A stretch of DNA of 64,000 bases from Acholeplasma sp. (GCA_036677365.1 JAVBWN010000006.1:1-64000); one strand, 5' to 3'. Counted from the stretch's first letter, positions 20,288 through 30,103 are shown. The notes: a model not told the origin generated them from the sequence alone. Made by a program: numbers and translations.

Positions 20288-21741
20288 AAGCATACGACCA
20301 ATTGATTTTTGAAATCAGCAAACCTGGACGTGTCGGTTATTCTTTACCAAAAAACAATTTGCCTTACGACATAACAAAAGATATCCCACAAAACCTCAAA
20401 AGAAGCGATGAAACCTTATTACCAAGTGTCTCAGAACTGGATCTAGTCAGACATTATTCCAATGTGTCAAGAAAGAACTTTGGGATCGAAACAGGGTTCT
20501 ATCCACTCGGGTCTTGTACAATGAAGTATAACCCAAAAATCAACGAAGAAATCGCTGCGTTACCAGGATTAAGAAACATCCATCCACTCCAACCCATGGA
20601 TACAGCTCAAGGCTCATTAGAAATCTATTATGAGACCGCACGTATGTTATCCGAACTCTCAGGGATGGCTAGTTTCTCCTTAAACCCATTCGCGGGTGCT
20701 CAAGGTGAACTCGCTGGCCTCATGATCATGAAAGCCTACCATCACCATAAAGGTAACCTGCATAAAACCAAAGTCATCGTGCCAGACTCTGCACACGGGA
20801 CCAACCCAGCCTCCGCGACGGTTGCTGGTTTTGACATCATCGAAGTCAAATCCAATAAAGATGGTACAGTCAATATCAAAGCTTTAAAAGAAGCCTTAAG
20901 TGATGAGGTTGCAGGGATCATGCTCACCAACCCGAACACCTTAGGTATCTTTGAAAAAGACATCTTAAAGATTTCAAAACTCATTCACAGTGTGGACGGG
21001 TTACTCTATTATGATGGCGCGAACTTAAACGCTTTATTGGGTCGTGCACGTCCAGGCGACATGGGCTTTGACATCATCCACATCAATTTACATAAGACGT
21101 TCTCTACCCCACATGGTGGCGGTGGTCCAGGGTCTGGGCCAGTCGGTGTTTGTAAGAAGTTAGTCGATTTCTTACCGAGCCCTCAGGTCTACAAACGAAG
21201 AAACAAATTCGTCCTTGAACAACCTATCCATACCATTGGTCATGTTTCAGGTTTCTTAGGTAACTTCAGTGTCATCATCAAAGCTTATAGTTTCATGTTA
21301 ACTTTAGGAAAGGAAAACCTATCTAAAGTGGGTGAACTATCGGTATTGAACGCGAACTATCTCAAAGAGTCTTTGAAAGAAGACTATTATCTGCCAATCC
21401 AAGGCTTGTGCAAACATGAAGTCGTTTTTGATGGCTTGGTGGATAAATCCACTGGGGTAACCACATTGGATGTTGCGAAAAGATTGCTAGACTTCGGGAT
21501 GCACCCACCTACGATTTATTTCCCACTCGTGTTCCATCAAGCCTTGATGATTGAGCCGGTTGAAAATGAATCTAAAGAAACGCTAGACCAATTTGTGAGC
21601 GTCATGAAACAAATCGCATTTGAAGCGAAAAATGACCCTGAAAAAGTCAAACATGCCCCATATACCACCGTCGTTCGTCGTTTAGATGAAGTTTCGGCGG
21701 CACGTAACCCAAGGGTAAAATACAAAGATTTATTGAAATAA
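20284..21741 (+). CDS. gcvPB: Glycine dehydrogenase subunit 2
   Basis: YPLGSCTMKYNP, SAHGTNPASA, NLHKTFSTPHGGGGPG. Confidence 0.96.
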   Translation: MKAYDQLIFEISKPGRVGYSLPKNNLPYDITKDIPQNLKRSDETLLPSVSELDLVRHYSNVSRKNFGIETGFYPLGSCTMKYNPKINEEIAALPGLRNIHPLQPMDTAQGSLEIYYETARMLSELSGMASFSLNPFAGAQGELAGLMIMKAYHHHKGNLHKTKVIVPDSAHGTNPASATVAGFDIIEVKSNKDGTVNIKALKEALSDEVAGIMLTNPNTLGIFEKDILKISKLIHSVDGLLYYDGANLNALLGRARPGDMGFDIIHINLHKTFSTPHGGGGPGSGPVGVCKKLVDFLPSPQVYKRRNKFVLEQPIHTIGHVSGFLGNFSVIIKAYSFMLTLGKENLSKVGELSVLNANYLKESLKEDYYLPIQGLCKHEVVFDGLVDKSTGVTTLDVAKRLLDFGMHPPTIYFPLVFHQALMIEPVENESKETLDQFVSVMKQIAFEAKNDPEKVKHAPYTTVVRRLDEVSAARNPRVKYKDLLK

Positions 21742-21747
21742 TAACAA

Positions 21748-21780
21748 AAACAGTTCACCGCGGTGAACTGTTTATTTTTT
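21748..21780. terminator. Bidirectional terminator (perfect 26-bp palindrome)
   Basis: AAACAGTTCACCGCGGTGAACTGTTT between convergent gcvPB and the PfpI gene. Confidence 0.8.
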
Positions 21781-22285
21781 AACCCAACTTTTCGATGATT
21801 GCCTTTGTAAAATCTGGTAAATCAGCTGGGGTTCTTGAAGTGATCAAATGACCATCAACCACGACCGATTGATCGAGATAAGTCGCACCTGCGTTTTCAA
21901 TATCTACGCGAATTGAATGGAAACCGGTTAGGTTTTTGCCTTTAAGATTACATGCTGAAATCATCAACCATGGGCCATGACAGATGGATGCGACCACTTT
22001 TTGTTGTTGATCAATAGATCTTACAAAATCAATCGTTGCTGGACAACGACGCATGTAATCGGGTGAAAATCCACCAGGGATGATGACACCGTCGTAATCC
22101 AATGGAGATACATCTTTACTTGCATAATCACTCTTCAAAGGCATGCCGAATTTACTTTTATACGTGTTGTTGGCAACTGAACCAATCAAATCCACCTGAA
22201 ATCCAGCCTCCTGCAACCGGTAATAAGGATAAATGAGTTCTTTATCATCGTATAAATCTTCTATCAATATCGCAATTCTTCTCAA
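21779..22285 (-). CDS. PfpI/DJ-1 family protein (type 1 glutamine amidotransferase-like)
   Basis: IPGGF, SICHGPW, ITSRTPADL. Likely TTG start at 22285 after GAGGTG. Confidence 0.9.
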   Translation of the reverse strand: MRRIAILIEDLYDDKELIYPYYRLQEAGFQVDLIGSVANNTYKSKFGMPLKSDYASKDVSPLDYDGVIIPGGFSPDYMRRCPATIDFVRSIDQQQKVVASICHGPWLMISACNLKGKNLTGFHSIRVDIENAGATYLDQSVVVDGHLITSRTPADLPDFTKAIIEKLG

Positions 22286-22423
22286 AATAAAACACCTCTT
22301 TCGTAGCCACATTATAACAAAGTTTATGTTTATTTTTTAGGCGAATGCTTGATAATATTACTAACATCAAGTACGGCAAAATGAGTCTAATCATTGTATA
22401 ATGGAGGTAAAGGTGGTGGAATC

Positions 22424-23149
22424 ATGGACTTAAACAAAACGGAATGGCGTTCATCGGATCGAAGCATGTTATTAGCCTATTTGAAATCATTTGAACAAGC
22501 AAATAAAGTTGATTGGTCAAGACGCATTCTCAACACAAAAATGCCGCTATTAGCCATGCCAACCAAAACCATCGATCAAATGGCTAAAGAGATCCACAAA
22601 GGTAATTTCCTATCATTTTTAGATTTACACATCGATGATTATTATGAATCCATCGCCATTCAAGGCAAACTCATCTGTAAAATCAAAGACTTTGATGTGA
22701 TGAGACGGTATTTAGATCGATACGCCACGGTGATGGAAAACTGGGCACATGTCGATCTGTTGTCATTTGATATTAACCAGAATAATCAAACCCAGTTTAT
22801 CGATTTAGCTCACACATACAGAACCTCAACTCAACCATTCATCCGTAGACTCAGTTTGATGATTCTATTTCAAATGGTGAAAGACCCTCAAATATTACCA
22901 ACCATTTATAATTCAATCGAAGCTTTGAAAGATGAAGATGAGTATTATGTCATCATGATGGCAGGGTGGTTGTTATCGGAATGCATCATTCAACACAAAA
23001 CACCAACGCTATCATTCATTCAACATAAAGAGCTAAACCCGAAAATTGTCAATAAAGGCATTCAAAAATGCCGTGAAAGTCTACGATTATCCAAAGCAGA
23101 AAAAGACGAACTTCTCATATATAAGCGACAAAAAAGCCGCCAACGTTAA
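22424..23149 (+). CDS. DNA alkylation repair protein (AlkD-like)
   Basis: ENWAHVD, FIRR, DEYYVIMMAGWLLSE. Confidence 0.8.
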   Translation: MDLNKTEWRSSDRSMLLAYLKSFEQANKVDWSRRILNTKMPLLAMPTKTIDQMAKEIHKGNFLSFLDLHIDDYYESIAIQGKLICKIKDFDVMRRYLDRYATVMENWAHVDLLSFDINQNNQTQFIDLAHTYRTSTQPFIRRLSLMILFQMVKDPQILPTIYNSIEALKDEDEYYVIMMAGWLLSECIIQHKTPTLSFIQHKELNPKIVNKGIQKCRESLRLSKAEKDELLIYKRQKSRQR

Positions 23150-23168
23150 AAAGTTGGTGGCTTCATCA

Positions 23169-24251
23169 TTATTTGTTTTCGAATAGTTTGATTAAGGTTG
23201 GGTAAACGCCAATACCATCACGGGTTTGTAAACCACTGTGAATGACTGGGTTTAATAACGCTTGGTCAATACCTTTGTTGGCAATTTCTAGACCATATCT
23301 TAAGGTTGCGTTATTGAGGGCGATTGAAGATGTTTTTGGTACAGACCCGGGCATATTCGCTACCCCATAGAATAACACATGACCCACTTTGTAAATTGGG
23401 TTATCGTGGTAAGTGACCTTAGAGAAATTGGAAATACCACCTTGGTCAATCGCGACGTCTACGATGATGGCACCTGGTTTCATTAAGTCTAGGTATTCAT
23501 CTTTGATGAGTTTAGGTGCGGCGTCACCTGGGATTAACACAGCCCCAATGACAACATCGGCTTCAACGATCGATTTCTTTAAGTTTTCTTGGTTCGAATA
23601 GAGGGTGTGTACTTTATTGTGGTATAAATCTTCTAAGTAACCTAAACGCTTCGTATCAATATCAAGGACTGTGACATTGGCTTCCATACCAACAGCCATA
23701 CGGCACGCACTTTGGCCAACGATACCAGCACCAATGATGGTGACTTTCGCTCTTGGTGTGCCAGGAAGACCAGACATCAAGACCCCAGTACCACCAAAGA
23801 AGGCTTCAGAATATTTCGCCCCTTCAATGACCGATAGTCTACCAGCTACCATGCTCATGGGTTCAAGACATGGGAGTGTTTTTTGATATTCCATGGTTTC
23901 ATAAGCCACGGATAAAACTTTCTTTTCTTTCAATGCTTGATACAATGGTTCGTTTGAAGCTAGGTGTAAATAAGTGTATAAAATCAGGTTTTCTTTAAAA
24001 AGGGCATACTCTGATTCTAGGGGTTCTTTGACTTTTACAATCATATCGCTTCTTGACCAAACCGATTTCGCATCTGAAACCATTTCACAGCCCAAAGCTA
24101 CATATTGTTCATCTGCGAAACCAGAACCCAAACCCGCCCCTTTTTCAATCAAAACGGTATGACCGCTTCTGACATACTCTGACGCTGCATTTGGGGTTAA
24201 ACCAACTCTAAATTCATATTTTTTAATTTCTTTGACACATCCGATAATCAT
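23169..24251 (-). CDS. ald: Alanine dehydrogenase
   Basis: KEIK..EFRVG, KVKEP, YLHLA, GAGIVG, DVAIDQGG, VANMPG. Confidence 0.95.
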   Translation of the reverse strand: MIIGCVKEIKKYEFRVGLTPNAASEYVRSGHTVLIEKGAGLGSGFADEQYVALGCEMVSDAKSVWSRSDMIVKVKEPLESEYALFKENLILYTYLHLASNEPLYQALKEKKVLSVAYETMEYQKTLPCLEPMSMVAGRLSVIEGAKYSEAFFGGTGVLMSGLPGTPRAKVTIIGAGIVGQSACRMAVGMEANVTVLDIDTKRLGYLEDLYHNKVHTLYSNQENLKKSIVEADVVIGAVLIPGDAAPKLIKDEYLDLMKPGAIIVDVAIDQGGISNFSKVTYHDNPIYKVGHVLFYGVANMPGSVPKTSSIALNNATLRYGLEIANKGIDQALLNPVIHSGLQTRDGIGVYPTLIKLFENK

Positions 24252-24355
24252 AGGCTCACCTCTACAACTATTTTAACATAAGCCAAGCCGCTTGATGCAA
24301 AATTTCATTGAAAAATGTAAGCCTTATGCTAAACTAATAGAGGGAGGAATGACCA

Positions 24356-25228
24356 ATGCACTATAAAAAATCCATTTGTTATTCAGGGTATCGATTGAAC
24401 CAAAGTCCAATCACGAAAGTTTACCCTTCAAAACAAGAAATACTCGAAGATTTACAAATACTCATTAAAGATGGGTATCAACAAATAAGGATGTATGACC
24501 CAGGCATGCATGCGAGACTCACTTTAGAAGTGATCAAAGAACACAATTTACCCATCAAAGTCATGCAAGGCATGGACTTGGATGGCGAAGTCATCAATTA
24601 CAACGTGGGTTGGGGTGAACCGCTCAAAACCAAAGACATCATTCAAAACAAGAAGAATAACCTCAAACAACTCGATATGTTGATTGAGTTAGCGAATCAA
24701 TACCCAGACATCATCAATTATGTATCTGCTGGTAATGAAAACACCTCGGATTGGAATCCGAAAATGGTTGCTGTAGACACTTTAGCGAAATACATTCGCA
24801 CCCTCAAAGAAAACATCAAACAACCTGTAACATTCTGTGAAGGGGTCTATTTTTGGAATAACCATGCCTTACCTTTAGTCAAAGAAGTGGACTTTGTTTC
24901 CATCCACATTTATCCGTTTTGGCTCAGAAAGCCACATGAAGAAGCGTTGGAAAATACATTCGCTGCGTACAATGCTACCAAAGAAAATATTAAAGATAAA
25001 CCCATCATCATTACCGAAGCTGGTTGGCCAACCAAATCGAGTTTAGGCGATTATACATCGAATGCGTTCCACCGTACCTATGTCGATGGCCTAGAAGCTT
25101 GGGCTAAAAAGAACGACGTGTTGCTTTATATGTTTGAAGCTTTCGATGAACCATGGAAAGGTTCCGATAAACCAGATGAACCAGAAAAACACTGGGGCGT
25201 CTACGATTTGAACCGAAATAAAAAGTAA
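24356..25228 (+). CDS. Glycoside hydrolase family 17 (beta-1,3-glucanase-like), no signal peptide
   Basis: ICYSGYR, AGNE, ITEAGWP, FEAFDEPWK, EKHWG. Confidence 0.85.
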   Translation: MHYKKSICYSGYRLNQSPITKVYPSKQEILEDLQILIKDGYQQIRMYDPGMHARLTLEVIKEHNLPIKVMQGMDLDGEVINYNVGWGEPLKTKDIIQNKKNNLKQLDMLIELANQYPDIINYVSAGNENTSDWNPKMVAVDTLAKYIRTLKENIKQPVTFCEGVYFWNNHALPLVKEVDFVSIHIYPFWLRKPHEEALENTFAAYNATKENIKDKPIIITEAGWPTKSSLGDYTSNAFHRTYVDGLEAWAKKNDVLLYMFEAFDEPWKGSDKPDEPEKHWGVYDLNRNKK

Positions 25229-25263
25229 ATTGTAAGCGTTTTTAAAAATAACGGCTATAATCA

Positions 25264-25292
25264 TTGACAAACCAAGAAGACTGCGTTTTAAT
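25264..25292 (+). promoter_or_regulatory. sigma70-like promoter of gdhA
   Basis: TTGACA-N17-TTTAAT; cre-like TGTAAGCGTTTTTA upstream at 25231-25244. Confidence 0.55.
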
Positions 25293-25372
25293 AGAGGTGT
25301 GAGTACAAAACCGATATTAAAAAATAGTCTTTTTCTTTTAGAAAAGAAAGACGGAAGGCAAGGGACAAGGCA

Positions 25373-26713
25373 TTGTTTAAAAGTGCGTATCTAGAGCGAG
25401 TGTTTAACGATGTACTTAAAAAGGACAACGGACAACCGGAATTCATTCAAGCGGTTGAAACGTTCTTTTTATCGATGGATGACATCATTTCGATGACACC
25501 GCAAATTGAGAAGTTTGGCATCATGGAGCGTTTGGTAGAACCTGAACGTCTAATCCATTTTAGAGTCACCTGGGTCGATGATCAAGGCATTACACGTGTC
25601 AATCGTGGTTATCGCGTCCAGTTTTCATCGGTATTAGGGCCTTACAAAGGCGGGTTGCGTTTCCACCCAACCGTTAACGCCTCCACGATGAAGTTTTTAG
25701 GTTTTGAACAAACATTCAAAAATGCTTTAACCGGCCTACCTATGGGTGGGGCGAAAGGGGGCAGTGATTTTTCATCGATTGGTAAATCCGATGGTGAAAT
25801 CATGCGTTTTTGTCAAAACTTTATGTTAGAACTCTACCGCCATATCGGTCCAGACACCGATGTTCCTGCAGGGGATATTGGTGTAGGTAACAAAGAAATC
25901 GGGTATCTTTATGGCATGTACAAAAAAATCCGTAATGAATCCACTGGGGTTATGACCGGTAAAGGTTTAACCTATGGTGGGTCATTGGTTAGAAAAGAAG
26001 CGACAGGGTATGGCTTATGTTATTTCGTTTCTGAAATGCTTAAAACATACCGTTCAGACCGTATCGACGATAAACGCGTCATCATCTCAGGTTCAGGTAA
26101 AGTCGGCTTATACGCAGCGATTAAAGCCCATGAACTGGGGGCGATTGTGGTTGGGATGTCCGACATCAATGGGTATATTCACGATCCAAATGGTTTGAAG
26201 ATGGACATCGTAACCGAACTTGCCAGCAATGGAGAACTCGCCTTAAGGTATCATGAAAAAACCGGTTGTGAATACGGTAAAGACCCAAGAGACTTGTGGC
26301 AAGTCCCTTGTGACATCGCGATGCCATGTGCGATTCAAAATGAACTCGATTTGGAATCCGCGAAAGCTTTGGTTGCCCACGGTTGTTACCTAGTGGCAGA
26401 AGGCGCGAACATGCCGTGTACATTAGAAGCTGAAAAGTATTTTACAGAACATCAAATTCTATTCGCCCCAGGTAAAGCAGCGAATGCAGGTGGGGTTGCA
26501 GTATCACTGTTTGAAATGAGCCAAAATGCGATGCATTACCCTTGGCCTTACGATGAAGTCGATGATAAACTCAAAGGCATCATGAAAGAAATATTCTTTA
26601 AATGTTATACCGCTGCACGCAAATACAAGAACCCTTATGACCTCATCAGTGGCGCGAATATCGCTGCCTTCCTTCGTGTCTATGAAGCGATGATGGACCA
26701 AGGCATTCAATAA
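25373..26713 (+). CDS. gdhA: NADP-specific glutamate dehydrogenase
   Basis: GPYKGGLRFH, MGGAKGG, DVPAGDIGV, EATGYG, EGANMP, KAANAGGV; TTG start. Confidence 0.95.
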   Translation: MFKSAYLERVFNDVLKKDNGQPEFIQAVETFFLSMDDIISMTPQIEKFGIMERLVEPERLIHFRVTWVDDQGITRVNRGYRVQFSSVLGPYKGGLRFHPTVNASTMKFLGFEQTFKNALTGLPMGGAKGGSDFSSIGKSDGEIMRFCQNFMLELYRHIGPDTDVPAGDIGVGNKEIGYLYGMYKKIRNESTGVMTGKGLTYGGSLVRKEATGYGLCYFVSEMLKTYRSDRIDDKRVIISGSGKVGLYAAIKAHELGAIVVGMSDINGYIHDPNGLKMDIVTELASNGELALRYHEKTGCEYGKDPRDLWQVPCDIAMPCAIQNELDLESAKALVAHGCYLVAEGANMPCTLEAEKYFTEHQILFAPGKAANAGGVAVSLFEMSQNAMHYPWPYDEVDDKLKGIMKEIFFKCYTAARKYKNPYDLISGANIAAFLRVYEAMMDQGIQ

Positions 26714-26720
26714 TACATTC

Positions 26721-26750
26721 AACCGTACCTTAACAAAAGGTACGGTTTTT
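26721..26750 (+). terminator. Intrinsic terminator of gdhA
   Basis: AACCGTACCTT / AAGGTACGGTT followed by TTT. Confidence 0.85.
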
Positions 26751-26771
26751 GCCAATAATAGGAGACAGATA

Positions 26772-26807
26772 TTGACACAAAAATCTCATCATGATATGAT
26801 AGTGTCA
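26772..26807 (+). promoter_or_regulatory. Near-consensus promoter with an overlapping inverted repeat (putative operator)
   Basis: TTGACA(26772)-N17-TATGAT with extended TG; TGACAC(26773)-N23-GTGTCA(26802). Confidence 0.65.
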
Positions 26808-26831
26808 TAATATAGAAACGGATGTGGCACG

Positions 26832-27692
26832 ATGATTGATTACTCAGTATACCCTAAAAATAATCGAATATATACTGGATCAGAAGAAAAATTCGGTATT
26901 ACGATTGATGATGAATATTTTATTGTCAAGTTCCAAAAGAATTCAGAAAATGGGTTATTAAACAATCATATTTCAGAACACTTAGGCTCTATGATATTTA
27001 GTCTTGCAGGTGAAAATGTTCAATGGACGAGACTTGGTTTGTATCAACAGCGACCTATTGTATTGTGTAAAGATTTCAACAATACGGGAAGTATATTCAC
27101 TCCTTTCAATGGTGTAGGGGAGTCTTCACTAGATAGAGATAAAGAAATGTATCAATATGATTATCAAGACATTGTTAGAATGTTACAAGATAATATAAAA
27201 ATTACACAAGTTTCTACAGTAATTGAAAAGTTTTGGAATATGTTTATTATAGATGCTTTGATTGGTAATTTTGATAGACATGGCGCAAACTGGGGTTTTA
27301 TCAAAAAAGATAATCAGTACACCATGGCACCCATATTTGATAATGGATCATCACTGTTTCCAAGACGTAATACTGAACAATTGATGCTTGAAGCCATGAA
27401 TGATTCTACAGTACTTCATCATATGACATTTAAGTATCCAACATCACAAATTAAAATAAACCATAAGAAATCCTCATATTTTGAAGTTATAAACAGCTTA
27501 AAATTTGAAGCTTGCAATGAAGCACTTATTAGAATGTATCCTAAAATTAATCTTGATCAAATTTGTAGTTTTATCGATGGAGAAGAGATGCTCACAACGA
27601 TTCAAAAAAAGTTTTATAAGTTTATTATACAGCATCGATACAAACACATCATCAAAGCATCCTATGAAAGGTTGGTTAATCAACATGAATGA
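26832..27692 (+). CDS. HipA/CtkA-like Ser/Thr kinase (kinase core only)
   Basis: GSEEK, IVKF, SEHLGS, DALIGNFDRHGANWG, APIFDNGSSL; AT-rich codon usage unlike the flanks. Confidence 0.85.
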   Translation: MIDYSVYPKNNRIYTGSEEKFGITIDDEYFIVKFQKNSENGLLNNHISEHLGSMIFSLAGENVQWTRLGLYQQRPIVLCKDFNNTGSIFTPFNGVGESSLDRDKEMYQYDYQDIVRMLQDNIKITQVSTVIEKFWNMFIIDALIGNFDRHGANWGFIKKDNQYTMAPIFDNGSSLFPRRNTEQLMLEAMNDSTVLHHMTFKYPTSQIKINHKKSSYFEVINSLKFEACNEALIRMYPKINLDQICSFIDGEEMLTTIQKKFYKFIIQHRYKHIIKASYERLVNQHE

Positions 27693-28458
27693 CTTAAATT
27701 CACCAATTCAACACATGACAAGTATTTATCACAATGAAGGATATATCACATACCAATGGAAGAAAGTGTATTTTAAGATTGCAAAACTGACATATGAATT
27801 GTTTCCTGATGAATCGTTTCAATACATATTTGAACCCTATTATGATGTTTTAGACGCAATTGATGGTTTAGAAATACCAGGTATAGATTTGACACTTAGA
27901 CAGCAGGCATATTATCGTGTTAATGTGACACCTGTTTTTGTTTCTGAGCGCATAACGCCTAAGAATAGAGTGAATCTTATTGAAGAGTTAAAAGAATACA
28001 ATTTGGATTATCATCAACCATTTCTATTATTGCTAGATGCGCACAAACAGTACGGCGGAGACCATTTGTCTCTAAAAAGTGATACATTTTATTTAAACTT
28101 GGAAAATAATCATATGGATGAGAACGATTTATATAAATTAATACCAAAGACACTGCAAACCTTAGCAAGTAGATCAAACTTTATTTTGGGCAGTATTATT
28201 GTGAATAGCGTTAATCGAACCATTCTCATCAAAAACTATTGTCATTTATACGAAAAAGTGTCCCACTATTATCAAAATAAAATAAAAAGAAACCGTGGTA
28301 GAGCCAAACAATCGGTACCCTTCATTATGCTCGAAGAAACCCAAAAACTGTACACTAATGGGGTAATCACATTAGAAGAGGCCGTTAAACAGAGTGGGTT
28401 ATCATCAAAACGCACTTATTATCGTAGAGTGAAAGAAATGAAAGAAAAGGAAAAATAG
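27685..28458 (+). CDS. Hypothetical protein: HipA-N/HipS-like N-terminal region plus C-terminal HTH
   Basis: ATG 27685 overlaps the kinase stop (ATGAATGA). FVSERITPKNR...LKEYNLDYHQPF segment; C-terminal ITLEEAVKQSGLSSKRTYYRR. Confidence 0.6.
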   Translation: MNDLNSPIQHMTSIYHNEGYITYQWKKVYFKIAKLTYELFPDESFQYIFEPYYDVLDAIDGLEIPGIDLTLRQQAYYRVNVTPVFVSERITPKNRVNLIEELKEYNLDYHQPFLLLLDAHKQYGGDHLSLKSDTFYLNLENNHMDENDLYKLIPKTLQTLASRSNFILGSIIVNSVNRTILIKNYCHLYEKVSHYYQNKIKRNRGRAKQSVPFIMLEETQKLYTNGVITLEEAVKQSGLSSKRTYYRRVKEMKEKEK

Positions 28459-28539
28459 AATCCTTCCAATTCATAAAAAACAGACATAGTTTATGTAGTA
28501 AAATATGTTACAATACTTTTATTGAGAGGAGCGATTTCG

Positions 28540-30051
28540 ATGTATAAAACCATTTTGTTTGATATGGATGGGACATTGATTGAATCTAATGATCTTGTTT
28601 TAGATATCTATCAAGCCCTCGTCAAACTTCACCCACCCAAAGTCAGTTTAAAAAGTATCCCTGTGGCCGATGTGCTTGCGAAAGGATACCCAGAAGTACT
28701 CGAAATGCTCTATGGTAAAAAGCGTCCGGATTTGATTGAAGAGATTTACCGGATTCACAGTGAACTTGCGGTCAATCACTTAAAACTCTATCCGAACACA
28801 TTAGACATTTTAGAAAGTTTAAAAAGCCGAGGTATCAAGCTTTATATCATTACCTCTGAACTGAGAAAAATCGCCATTGCGGAACTCACAGGTTTGAGTA
28901 TTTTCCATTTCTTTGAGGATATCATTGCGTTTGAAGATGTATCTAGACCAAAACCAGACCCTGAAGGCATCATTAAATTGATTACCACCAAGAAACTCAA
29001 TAAAAAAGAAATGATGTTTGTGGGGGATTCGATTTCGGATGCGAAAGCCGCCAAAGATGCAGGGATATTATCCATCTACATGAATTGGCATAAAGATGCG
29101 TCAAAAATGATTTATTTCGATAAAACATTCCACGCATTTGAGGAATTGTGTAGTTTTACCTATGATTATGAACCTGTATTGACACTCAAGATGAAACCCA
29201 ACAAACCTTTTAAAATCGTTCAATTCACCGATTTACATTTGATGAATGACATGAAGGATTTGAAAACTAAAGGTTTAATCAAGAAGATGATTGCGGAACA
29301 CAAGCCCGATTTCATCGTCTTTACCGGCGATCAAACGATGTCAAAAGATAGCCCTAAACTCTATAAGGATTTAGGAACTTATATGGGACAATTCAAAACC
29401 CCTTGGAGCTTTATCTTTGGGAACCACGATACCGATGAAGGCGTCGCATATGAAACCTTGATTGAACACATCCAAGATGCGAATTACCTTGCTTTTAAAC
29501 CAGGGAACCCTAAACATGGCTATTCCAATTATTTCATTGAAATTAAAGATAAAAAACTGACAAAAGGACTACTCTTCATGATGGATTCCCACGTCGATGC
29601 GTTTTACATCATTGATCAAAAACCCACTTGGGGGTATGGTTCACTCAAAGATGAACAGCTCCTTTGGATGGACAGTGTGGTCAATCAATACCATTTGCCT
29701 TTTGAAAAAGTACCAAGTTCTCTCTTGTTTTGTCACATTCCACCCCATGAGTTTAAATCGATTACGCCAGAACAAAAACAGGACTACATTGGGTCATATC
29801 ATGAAACCCCATGTACCCCACCAATCCCAAACCATATGATGGAAATTCTCAATAAGAAGAACAGTTGTAAAGGCATTTTTGTGGGTCATGACCACTACAA
29901 TGATTATGCCTTCTACCACCACCAAGTATTGTTGGCATATGGCCGTGTCAGCGGTTATTATGATTATGGTCCAAAAGGATTTAAAAAAGGCTGTCGTGTC
30001 ATTGAACTCAACCACGATGGCGAAATCAACACATACGTCAGCATTCTTTAA
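28540..30051 (+). CDS. HAD phosphatase fused to a calcineurin-like metallophosphoesterase (Dcr2-like)
   Basis: N-terminal FDMDGT, KPDP, VGDS; C-terminal DLH, TGD, GNHD, GHDH. Confidence 0.85.
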   Translation: MYKTILFDMDGTLIESNDLVLDIYQALVKLHPPKVSLKSIPVADVLAKGYPEVLEMLYGKKRPDLIEEIYRIHSELAVNHLKLYPNTLDILESLKSRGIKLYIITSELRKIAIAELTGLSIFHFFEDIIAFEDVSRPKPDPEGIIKLITTKKLNKKEMMFVGDSISDAKAAKDAGILSIYMNWHKDASKMIYFDKTFHAFEELCSFTYDYEPVLTLKMKPNKPFKIVQFTDLHLMNDMKDLKTKGLIKKMIAEHKPDFIVFTGDQTMSKDSPKLYKDLGTYMGQFKTPWSFIFGNHDTDEGVAYETLIEHIQDANYLAFKPGNPKHGYSNYFIEIKDKKLTKGLLFMMDSHVDAFYIIDQKPTWGYGSLKDEQLLWMDSVVNQYHLPFEKVPSSLLFCHIPPHEFKSITPEQKQDYIGSYHETPCTPPIPNHMMEILNKKNSCKGIFVGHDHYNDYAFYHHQVLLAYGRVSGYYDYGPKGFKKGCRVIELNHDGEINTYVSIL

Positions 30052-30054
30052 GCA

Positions 30055-30103
30055 AAAAAGAAGAAGCCCATTCAGTGTTTTTCACTGAGTTGGCTTCTTT
30101 TGT
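30055..30103. terminator. Long bidirectional terminator
   Basis: AAGAAGCC..TTCAGTG / CACTGAG..GGCTTCTT between convergent genes. Confidence 0.75.

Noticed and set aside
27505..27684. 60-codon N-terminal extension of the kinase partner ORF
   Set aside because: It overlaps the kinase CDS; ATG 27685 with an RBS and stop overlap is the more plausible start.
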